DNA of 64,000 nucleotides from Thalia democratica. Taxonomy: Eukaryota. A program made the translations under genes and the position numbers. Of this stretch, positions 13,386-25,600 are shown piece by piece; the stretch's first letter is position 1; every line of letters starts with the position of its first letter. The notes under the pieces are model-generated. The model searched no databases. It saw only the letters and a list, made by a program, of their open reading frames with translations, and was not told the origin of the DNA. The stretch spans positions 18,166,001 to 18,230,000 of the forward strand of contig OZ241829.1 of assembly GCA_965202585.1 (NCBI GenBank), written 5' to 3'.

Positions 13386-13462
13386 ACCATAAAACCTATA
13401 AAAAAGTAAAGAGAAATTAAAATTATTGAAAAAACAACAAATGATCAAAGTGCTGGTTATTT

Positions 13463-13677
13463 TCACAGCTCAGTGCAAGTAACAGGCGGTTGCCAACCGT
13501 CATGTTCCGAGCAAGTCGATTCGCCGTCGTTCGCAGCTACAAAGCCAGCACTACATGTGTACTTGACCGTAGTTCCAACAAAGAAATCATTTCGCACTTT
13601 TCCACCTGCGTAATTGTTTTCATTCGAAAACTCCCTACTGGAAACATTATCGTAATCAGAAAAATCTCTTGGGCATG
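13463..13677 (-). CDS. Terminal CCP exon 67 with stop codon
   Basis: phase-1 acceptor; CPRDFSDYDN..VKYTCSAG..TCSEHDGWQPPVTCTEL*; TGA at 13463-13465. Confidence 0.85.
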
Positions 13678-16600
13678 CTGTAAAAAACGAAAATTTACTT
13701 GTGTGGTTAATATCTTCATATATTAGTTCAATATATGTTATTTATATCTAGCAACACTAAGTCTATACTAATGTTATGTTTTCAAAATATTGTTGAAAAA
13801 ATAACAATTTGCTTTTATATTTTCTGTGTAAATACAAAACTATGATATTTTTCTAACAATTCTAATAAAAAACAGGAAAATTATTTAACGCTACAAAACT
13901 ATAAATGTAGCAAAATTGTTTTTTTATAAATTAATTAAAATAAATAAATGTTATTTGTACACAGCTTGTTTGAATGTACTCGTAAGTTTGAAACATAAGA
14001 CTACTTTTATCAACAAATCGTTACACAAAACTAGTTGTAAACTACAAGTGGCTAAAATAAGCTATAAATTTAGCTGTAATTATACAACCTCTAAGGCATT
14101 TTGGCAACGGATAAGGCCACCAAGGTTTTCCAGTTTCGCAAGTGATCCATCTTCTACTAGCATCATTAATATAAAAATTTTTTTGGCAGGACACCCATCT
14201 TTTGCGCCTCACCCAGTTTCCTTCGCTGCCATCATCAGCAACGTTTACACCAGTAGCATCCCTGTAAACCTCACTATAAAGAATCACCCCACTTGCAGGA
14301 TCAGGGCAGGGGAGTCCAGTTTCGCACGCTATAGGGTCCACGTCGCAATCTGTTGCAACACGTCAACAGTTAAAAGTAGCGAAAAAAAAAACAGAACGGT
14401 GGTTAGATGATAAAAAATTGAAAAGATCATTAAAAAAGCATTTAAGAAAAATATTCTATTTATACCTACTTTTGTTATAATTGATAACAGCAAAATTTTT
14501 GCTATATTTTAGTTAAAAGTAGAACTCACTTAGACCGCAGTTTGGTGCTGTTTTCGGGCTCCACTGGCCAGTCCTGCCACATGTCAAAAGATTTTTTCCG
14601 TTTCTGACGTCTGCAGGAAACAGTTCGTAATTTTCGGCCTTGCAAGAAGTGTACCTGACAGTGGTGTCTAAGAAATACCGGTTGTTTTTTAGGCTGTATT
14701 CATACTCCGCTTCGTATTCACTAATTTTAGGTGGTTCAGGACATTCTGTTAAGAACATAGCTGTTAAAAGAAGCCTTAAAATATAGCTTTTCTAAAAAGA
14801 CATAAGTTTGAAAACCCAAAAGTTGTGGTTGTTATGTATTAAGCAGTTTTTAACTATAGAATTTAGAACAAGTAAAAACTCATGAAAAAATCAGATAAAA
14901 ACAAAAAACTTTGTAACGGTACATCAAAAACAAACTGCCCCGTGGATAAAAAGTATTGCCTAAATAACGTCATATATCAAGCTAAAGTTTCCACATCCGT
15001 AAATGACCACAAAATTCATATTGGTTCAACCAAAAGAACATTTAAGTCTAAATATAATGAACACAAAACCTCTTTCCCCAAACCTTTTAAAGGCAAACCC
15101 AAAAACAGTACCCAACCTGCAAATCACCTATGGGATCTATACAGTAACCATATAAAATACTCAATTGAATGGAAAATAGTTAAATCAGTAAAATCTAACA
15201 CAAACCATACTAACATGTTCACTTTATGTAACCTAGAAAGACTCCATATAGCCCTAGCAGACAAAAGAAAAACTTTAAACAAGAGAAACGAGCTGGTAAC
15301 CCAATGCCCACATTACTTATGAATATTTATAGTTTATATCTCACATAGGTATAAATTTTATTAAGATATTTTATTACTTGTACTTGCATTATAATAGTAT
15401 TCCCATTCTAAGTCTTAAATTGTTAGAACTTTTTTGTTTTTATTTTTTCGCTTTTTTAAGTCTGTTTATTAGTAAAATATATTTCATTAAGATATAAGAT
15501 AAATTGTGCATGCTTTATAACATACCCATTTCCAGTTGTGAATTATTATTATTGTTTTTTTAAGTTGAATGAGTATAATTTTTTGAGTTGGATTATTAGT
15601 AGATTATACTTTCTTTGTTTATCTCTCAACTAAATATATTTAATTTATATCTTAGTTTTTGAATATAACATCTGAAATCTAACCCTCATTCTATTTTTAG
15701 CTTATCAAATATTTTCCACAAAAAGCCATTTTATTTTTTGTTATCATAATATAACTGTGTTAACAACTACAAAAATTCTTTCATAAATTTTCTAATGTTT
15801 ACTCCCGGGTTTTATTTTAAACATTATTACATTATTTATTTATTATTAGAACTATGTGCTTAATAATATGTACCTACTACTCCATAACTTCTTACTCTGT
15901 AAAGGTTTTATCTTTTTAAATCCATTAGATATCAATACCCCACTGTATACCATGGTTGTATTGTATTGTTTATAGACTATAATTTAATAGTTTTTGTATT
16001 AAAGGTTCTTTAGCATCAATATAACTTTTAATTTATTTATTGATTATTTTACTACAGATTTACAGTTTGTAAATCTGCTCTGCGGTGAAACTGAGTAATT
16101 GTTTATTCTCAAAAAAAATAAATTATTGAGTGGTTTTTGCCATAATACTGATCAAAAGTTTACAAAATAAGATCACGAAAGTCTAGTTCACAAAACAATG
16201 TAACACAGTTATTTAGAGTAAACAATTTTTTTTTTCAAAATTGATCTAACCTTTCATGCAAATTGCTTCATTTGTGTTGTTCCAACTACCGTTGTCCAAA
16301 CACTCGTAGACGTCTTCACTGTCATATAAAACAAAATCGCTGTCGCATTCTATTCGCACAACTTCTCCAGGCAAACGATTACCAGGTCGATGCTTGTGAT
16401 CTAAAATTTCTATTGACCCGTCTGGCACATCAAGCAAAGGGCATTCTGTGAAGTTATGTTTTGCTTGGAATATATAATTATTTTACAACTAAAACAACTT
16501 TTAACAGTTTATAATTATAAAAGCATGGGGAAACTCTAAAACATTATTGTAATTGTGAATCTATATTTTTTTGATGTTTTGTATTATCAATAAAGACTTA

Positions 16601-19600
16601 AAAGCCCTAAAAGTTAGCTAGATTGCGTTTCATTTTTTTTTAGATACAATATAGCTTTGTGTTACAATAGCAACTTAAAAAGATTAGAAATTACCTTTAA
16701 CACATTGAGGTATGTTCGAGGTATTCCAACTTCCGTCTTCCTGACAATAATAAACGAAATCGCCCTCATACAGCATCGAGTAGCTTTCCTTGCAAGCGTA
16801 CTCCAAAATTAAAGCCGAGTTGTAGATTGGATCCCTGCTCAAGACTTTTTTAACCAAATTGTAATGTTCAAGATCGTCTTCACTTATTGGTGAGGTTGGA
16901 CATCCTGCGGTTAGTTTTCAAAAATTGGTAAAATTAATGTTGCATAAAAAATAGTAGTTATATGTGATATATTGTTTCTTAATTGAAAAATATAAAAGTT
17001 ATAGAGTTTTTAACCTATTAAATAAAGGTATTTCAAGCAACTTAAGAAAAATTCTAGATCGTATTTAAAAAAACTAGAGAAGTGCAATACTTGACCATTT
17101 ATTTGATTGTAAACTGTGTCAGACTCAATAAAAATTCTATAAAGCGGTAAGTTTACAGCTTTCTAAACTTAAACTTTCATTTACTTTATTTCAAACATTA
17201 CACTACATTTAATTTTAAAATGTACCTTTTTCACAAGTACATATTGAGAAGAAAGTGTGTTAGCTAAACAAAATTTCAAGCTCAAAAACGTTTGTTTCAC
17301 CTATATAAACACACGATGGCGGGTCAGGAGTAAAAGAGTTGGTGTTGTGATCGCAGTTTACATAAGAAACTGATCCCTCTTCAATTTTGTACCTCGGATC
17401 GCAAGAGTACTGCACTTGCTGGACAACAGTGATGCTTCCTCTGTATTCATCCCATAATTCAACAGAGCTACTAGGGGTCCAACGACCCTTTTCTATTTCT
17501 TTAGGGTCTCCACACGCTACAAAGTAAAAGTTGTTGAAAACAGAAACAGCAATATTTTTTAAAAAAAGCTTAGACAAGTTAGATAATAAATTTGATAAAA
17601 AAAGTGCCTACAGCTGTTAATTGGAGGAAAAAATGTTTAAAGAAAAAGTCAAGTAAAGTTTTTTATTGCATAAATTGATGGCATAAGAGGGTTGAGAAAC
17701 ACTTTTTTAAATTTAGTCTTATTTTTTACATAACTAGATAAGCTAGTTGTTACTTTTTATCGCTTATTAAAATTCAAAGTAGTTTTTAGATATAAGCGAT
17801 CAAAGTTAGAGCGTTCAATAGGTTCTTTCTGAGAGGCGGAAATTAAAAGATGAAAGTAGACTGTCTTACTAAAAACCTATATCCTTCAGCAGTTTTTGAG
17901 CAGCTGTTTTAAGACTTTTTCACAATAAAATAAAATTTGTTCTTTTTTTCTAAAAATTTGAATTAAATTATTTTGAAAGTGAAGGAGGAAATAGATTTTT
18001 AGTAAATTTTTCAAAATTGCGAAGAAATTATGAAGAATCAGCTAACATAACCTTGAAAATTTTTGCTTCGATACAGTTGTATCGGAAAATTTTTACAAAA
18101 ATTTTTATGTTTTAATAGTTAACTGAAATTTTTTTTTGTTCAATTTTCTATAAAATGTATCGTATATTCTAAGCTTTAAAACAGGAGCCAACATTAGTTT
18201 TTTTAAAAAAAAATGTTTGACCCCCTCCCCTTCTATGCCCTTAATGTGATTGAAAAAACTCTATAAAACTATGAAAAAGTGAAGTAAAGACTTGGTAGAA
18301 TAGAAAGTTTGTAAAAGATTTTTTACAAAAATATTAAACCGCTTCTCGAAATTATTTAGTTGTTAACCTGTTACAACAGTTGTGTTGTGAACTGCTTCCA
18401 AACAAATTATTAGAAATAGAAATGAGAAAATATTTCAAATTAATTAAATATGTTTTTGTTAAAGTTGGACTTTACTACGTAATTTGTATTTTATTTTTAA
18501 TATAAGTTTTTTTTTTCTTTATTATTTATTATTTGATAACAATATTGATAGCAAACGCATAATTATTACTGGTAAGTATATTTACTACTATTAGTAAATT
18601 TTTAAACGTTAAACTCAGCTTACATAAAAAGTAATTAAGTTATGTAGTTAGTAGAAATTAAAGTACACACATTAGGCAAGTGAAAAATAATAATATGCAA
18701 TTAAAAAAGTAAACTTTCTATTGGCTTAAAGTTTAGATCATGTGTACTGGAGTACGGAGCAATATCTGCTAGGTTTTTACACCTTGTCCATTCGGCGCGG
18801 AGACCATTTTCTGGACGTTTGTGACTCACTAGGGCGTATGATTGCCTTTCTGTGGTAAAACATATTAGTTACACACAAAATCAAAAACAATCAGTTCAGG
18901 ATGCAAAAATTTAGCATTAACTATGAGTTTGTAAAAAAAAAATCATTTTTAATAATAAACGACTTGATTTCACAAAAACCAATACTTGATGTATAAATTG
19001 AAAGTAGTTTTATGTTGAAATTATTAAACAAAACCTAAGGAATCATCCAAACTATTTTTGAAAGTCTTTTAACTATTTATTAAAAGTGCAAAAAATAAAT
19101 AATTAAAAACGCTTGACTAAAAACGAATAAATTAAATCATTTAAACATTAAGCACAAAACTAAAATATGAAAAACCCTTAATTACTTTTTGATATTATTC
19201 TTAGTTTGAATCACGATTGACAGCTTTAAACTATTAAATCATTATTTCCAATTAAAAAGTCGATGAAAATAATGTCTGGTGATACTTTTAAGTCTGATTT
19301 TTGTCCGTTGTTGTTTTTGAAACTTTTTTTCAACTGTGCATTTTTAAATATCTATGAAAAGTAACTTCAACTAATTTATTTAAATTTTTAGGTTTAGGTT
19401 GTATTGATTTAACAGTTGTAACGGTTGTGATATTTGATTTTGAATAAAATGTTTACGGTCAGACAGTGACACGAATTCTAAAAAGCTTAATAGTTTAGTA
19501 AAATTTATATTAAGACTGAAATAAACTTGTTATATACAACATATTTCAAGCCTTGTGATGACGTTCTTCGGATTAAAAATAAAAGTTAATTCTATTTACT

Positions 19601-22600
19601 TACAGTTGATCTTAATAGAAGATTTAGACTAAGTTATAAATAATAAACATAAACTATCAAAACGCTTCTCATTAAACAGTACAACTTTTACCTACAAGTA
19701 CATTTATTACAATTAAAACTATATACTAATTTAGAAAATAATAATTTAAAGTTTTTTGGAGTCTTAAATGACATAGTGTTAATGGTTTCATCATAGTATG
19801 TTTAAGACTCAAAAGCATTTATACGGTTTTTATGTGTTTAATAAAACAAATCAATGACTGTAACTATTTTACTAAAATTACTGTTTAAAAAACTCATTAA
19901 AACAACAATCAAAAAGGCAACCCTACAAGGTTGGGTGTCGAACTAAGCCGAGGATCGGCACCTTTTATGAGCAACGGGTGTATTTTATAGATCAATGATC
20001 AGATTAAACTAAAATAATTGTTTGCCGGCAGTCATAGTTTCGTTGAGTTTAGTGTAAATAAAAAAAAAAACATAATGTTGCAAAACTAAATAGTTAGCAA
20101 GTTAGCTCTTTTTCTTATTTACTATTGTATAAACAACATATTTTAAACTTAAAATACAATATAACACATTGCTGTTCTAAGAAACTATCTTTAACAGATT
20201 GCAGTTTGCTAAACTAAATTTAATTTGGGTAGATTGATTTATAAAAGTATACTTCAGTTTAAATGTACACCTGTAAAGTAAAATAAACTACTTTATAAAA
20301 TTTATACCAATTGTGCTATCAGGTCGTTTATAACAAAAAAAGAAACTATAAACGAAATAAAAATACAAAAAGAAACCTCCATAAAACCTAAAGCCAGTAC
20401 AACGATCTTGTAATGCGCCTAAATTGTCTATCAGGTAATTTACTTCGTCCATTTGATTCGCTGTAAAGTCTCCCCAGTCTATAGCATCAACCACACCTAT
20501 AATAACCACTTCAAAATCTTTAGCATTATTTCTTATATAATCAGACATACTTCCAAGCTGTAACAAAAAAGATATGTGTTAAAACTAGCTTTAGAAAAAA
20601 ATAGAGTATAACATTAATAAGTAAATGTTAATACTGATTCGAAATTGCTATAAATTAAAATAATAATAAATCATTATTAAACTTTGAACATCAACAAATA
20701 AAAATTTTGGCTAAAATTAAATTAATATGTGATTATAACTAAATATTTAACCGTTTAATTCTTTTAGTACTTCCAAGTGTAAAAGGTAAAAAAAATATAT
20801 TTCAACTTTAATTAATTTATAAACAAGTGTTAGAAAAAAAACAAAAAAAATTAAAATGTTTACAACTTATAAAACATAAAAGCACTACAAAACTTAAAAA
20901 ACGTTGTGATAAGTATCAAAAACAAGGCATAATAGTAAAGTTTTCAATTGATACCTGACCACGGACAAAAGTATTTTCCAAGTCAACAGTATAAGTGTCA
21001 AAAATTTCATACTTATACATGAGGTATTTTTCGAACGGATTCAAAATGATAACGTTGAACCCTCTGTTATTTGAATCAGCACAAAAGGATTCGTTTTCGT
21101 TCACCGTGACTTCGCAACGAGAAGTCTGTTTGTATTCTCCAGCCACGTCCTCTGTTACACTGAAACTCGAGGCGCGTACGTGAAGATCTAAGTCTGATTA
21201 ATTTTTAATATATCAATATTTTTATCCAAAAAGTTTATTTTCTTGTTAAAATTTCCAATCAACAAAAACAACTTTGAATTTTAATAGTTTTTTGATAGCA
21301 CTGTGAAATTAATTCTAACTTCTTATGCACAGATGATCTCCTGAAAATTCAAGTCCAGGTGTCACCCATGATCCAGTTTTGTCGCATACAATCCCATCAA
21401 AACCGGGTGGGCTCATCAGAAAACCGTCGCTGCAAGTGTAGTGCACTTTGGTGCCTTGCAAGTACAAGCCTTCATCCGAAATCCATTCTATTCTCGAGCT
21501 TGCTCTTGAAATATTCAGAGAGGGAGGTTTTTCGCACTCTGAAAAAAAAATAATTGTGTTTTATAGTTTAACTTTTTTATTATTATGATATACCTCTTAA
21601 ACACTGAAAGCTGCTGTAGCTTGTCCAAGCCGGGCCTTCTATGCATTTGTAAGTAGTGTTTGATGCTTCTGGAGTTAAAGTGTGATTTTCTTTGCAAGTG
21701 TACTCAGCAACGAACTCTAGTGTAATTGTAGACAAAACCACTTGCTCGGGTACATTTTTAATAGTGCCAGGTATGTTCGGCGATTTTCCACAGTCTGAAG
21801 GTATACTTTAGCATAAGGAGTATTTTTAGAAAAAGATATGATAAAGATATGTTAAAGCTTTTTTAAGAGATGGTAAAGTTTTAAACGAACAATACTTGTT
21901 TAAAATTATTTCTTGACCGAGTCGTTCTTTTCTACACTAACTATAAAACAAAACATGCATGTAAGTATTTTAACACAACCTTAGACTTGTAAAATAAAAC
22001 AAGAGTAAGGTCTGAGACTGTATTACAAGGCATTTAAAAATAACATATATTAGCTAATTTGTAAAAAAATATGTTGTCAAAAATATAAACTAAAGAAAGA
22101 AAAGCAAAAATATTTTTTAATCAAAATGAAAACCTGGATAACACTGAAAAGCTGGGGTCCATTCACCATCTTCACCGCAAGTCAATTTCGTAACTTTTGG
22201 CGCGAAATTTTCATCACATTTGTAATCCAGTTCAGTGCCACTAAAATAACTACCACCACTACTTACCGGTTTAGTAATACTGTGAGACTCAGTATTGTCT
22301 ACGTTCGGTATTTCGCTGCATTCTAAAACGTTTCCAAAATCGGTATCATTTCAAGTTTCATGCTAATTACTTTTTTAAACTTATTTGAAAATATTTTGTT
22401 TAAATAAAAAAAAAATTATTCAGCTTTAAACAATTCTATACAAGGTAAAGCAAATAATAAAATTTTAAAGTATATCGTTATAAATTAGTTGTTAAAACAA
22501 ATACAACACTGCTTTTTAATAAAGTGTATTAAGCTTATCCGCTCCACCTTAAATCAGTTTATGAAATAATAAGAAATTAAAATATCTAAAAAAAACCGAG

Positions 22601-25600
22601 TTTAAATTATTGACATCCTATTTTAACTAACTTTGTAAACACTGAAAGTCGTTGTAGACCCACGATCCGTTTACACAATTACGAGTGGTATCTACAGCCT
22701 CTGGTAGTAAAAAGTACGGATGTATGCAAGTGTAAGATACAATTTGCTCAACTATTGTATCTGAATCGACGTTAGCTACCTTATCCACACTTTTTACTGT
22801 GTTTGGTATATCTTGTGATGGACCACAATCTGTAAATAGCATACATAAAATGAAAAGTAAAAGTTTCTTAAAAATCTGAAAAAAGTCTACAATTACTGAT
22901 CTGTTGTTAACAATAAAAAATAAAACTTTGTTTTTTTATTTGGTAAGATAAATGTTTTGCGTAATTTTGCTTTAGAGATAAGCCAACATTTAAATGAAAA
23001 ATTGTTTTTGAAGTTTACTGAGAAAAGATTATCACGAAAGCATTTTAAACTTGTGCTGTGTAAAAAAAAATTGTAGATTTGTTATCATAAAAATCTTTTG
23101 ATTGATTATTTATGTTGTAAACAGTAGAGTTAGTTGAAGTTAACTTTAATTAAACTTACAACCATTAAGCTATTTATTTCTGTTTTTTTCATTATAAAAT
23201 TTTAAATTTGTAAATTGTAGATTATTGTTCAAAGCATTCATTGTTTACAACTCTAAAAAGACCGATCTTAATCAAATTTAATGATGTAGCCTCTAAACAC
23301 AGACTATTAAAGCTGGTAAATCTGAAAGTTATGAACGATGAAATTGAAACAAATGTTTATATCAACCCTGACAAAACCATCTTAGAGCAAGAGTATTCAG
23401 AACCTTGAGATAAGAAGTTAAAATAAAGCACGTCAGATTAATCTAAACGAGAAATACGTAATCAGGAACAACAAAATTATGGAATCAACAAGACATTCGT
23501 TTCGTTTAAGCTCCTAGAAGCTCTTGGATTAGTAACAAAAACTGTAAGTCAATAGTTCTAAATATTTCTAAACATTTAAAACTATCTGATAAATTCAATA
23601 GTAAGTTTTCTTTGATAGTTATAATAATTGTAATAGTAAACATTTAAGAATTGTGTACACTAGTATAAGATCTGTTTTAAATAAAGTTGATTTTTTAGAG
23701 AGCTATTTGTACACGAATAATACTGATTTGTTTTTTCTTAGTGAAACATGGTTGACTCTTAAAGTCAACGATGCCAAAGTCTGTCCTTCTAACTATAATA
23801 TAGTCTGTAACGGTAGGAAAAGTAGGGGTGAAGGTGTTGCTATCCTTTACAGAAAATTCCTTAAAGTGTTAAAAGTTTAAAGAGATTCAATGTCTATTAA
23901 CAGCATAATTTTCAATACATAAATATAGAAGTAATTGAAAAAAGATAAAACTGGGATTTTTTGGTGTCTACCATCCCCAACTGTCTGCAAAATGTGCACT
24001 GACTGTTAAAAATATAAATAAAATTAAAGTACTTTTTCCAAATGACTACTCTTTTTTGTTTTTGGGGACTTTAATCTGCCTAACATGGATTGGACAATTC
24101 TTACCACAGACTATAATGAATTCCATTAGTGTTTTTAAAATTTTTGCACGGATAGTTTTTTAACCTAGGTAATCGAGAGTCCAACTCATAAAATTGGAAA
24201 CATACTTGATCTCTTAGTTTGCAACAATTTTAGTCTAGATAGAATTATATGTCATTCAATTACTATTCCATTAACAAGTACTTGTGACCAGGGGCGTAGC
24301 GTGGGGAGGGACGCTGGCGCATGCGTGTCACCAAAAAAAAAAAGTAAAGTAAAAAAAAAATGCAGTATTTTTATCCTTTATAGTTTATTTTTCTGCTTAA
24401 TTTGCCTTTTTTCAACTATGTATTTCTAGTATTTGAAAAGTAAAATGAAATTTCGAATACCAATTAGTGACAAGTTAGGGAAATTACCCAGTATACTGAT
24501 TCGATGCGTAATTTCAAATGTGCATTAATGTTGATGAAAAACTCCATAAGGAAAAATTTTATAACTTCATTAACTTCATAAGAATTTAGACTCAAACAGT
24601 ACGCAACTAGTTAGTGCACCGCAGTAGTATAACCTTATGACAGATTTTTTTACAAGGACAAATGCTAATATTTTGTTAACAAACCATAGAGCTAAATCTG
24701 TTTTATAGTGATAATGATTCAAGAATAAACAAATTGAAGTAAAAATAGCAATAAACAACTGCTAATATAATAAATATAAGTTGATGATAAGAATAAAAAA
24801 TATTAACAACATAATTTAAAAGAAAATAACAAAAAACAGAAAAAAATAAAATAATAAATTAAAATAAATAACAAACAAACAGTTCATACTGTGATTACAG
24901 TTTTAATCTTACTATACAAAAAGTATTGTTTAAATTATCTAAACTTGAAATTTTTATTAAAACTAGTTTCTTTTTTTATTAAAATAAGAAACAAATCAAA
25001 CTTTGTTATTCTATCAGCCAGAAAGTTAAAAAAAAAAAAAATTGTAGCAAGTTATTTTAAAATTTCTTTAGTTTCATCATGAATTAATTAATAGCAACTT
25101 GTTAAACTTATACCAGTCAGAACGAAACAAAAGAATACATAGGATCCACAGGAAGCCAGTTCAAAAAGAGATGGTATGCGCACATTAGTGATATTAAGAA
25201 TGAAAACAACAAGGGAACAGAGCTTTCCAAGTACATTTGGAGACTAAAAAACAATAACACCAGCTACGATTTAAGATGGAGCAAAATGCACAAGATCAGG
25301 GAAATGAAGAATATAGGTAAAATCTGTAAGACTTGCAATTTGGAAAAGATAGAAATAGCACTTGCTAATAAGAAACGAATTTTAAACAAAAGACAAGAGC
25401 TCTTCTACACCTGCCCGCACTTTAGGAAATTTTATTTTAAAACTTAGCGTATAAATTTTTCTATCACTTAGTTCTGTTTTTGTTATTACTTGTACCCTCA
25501 TTTGTTAAGCGCCATTTTGTTTTGTTATAAGCTAAATCCAAATCTATATAGAACAAATCATCTATTGTAAGTATAAATCATATTTAAAATTTTAAAAAAA

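Noticed and set aside
13916-14410. Plus-strand ORFs overlapping CCP exons (also 30842, 31115, 44527, 46895, 57688, 63161)
   Set aside because: Antisense or alternative-frame shadows of real minus-strand exons.
19915-19980. GC-richer patch resembling a tRNA or SINE
   Set aside because: No cloverleaf and no clear A/B boxes could be drawn.
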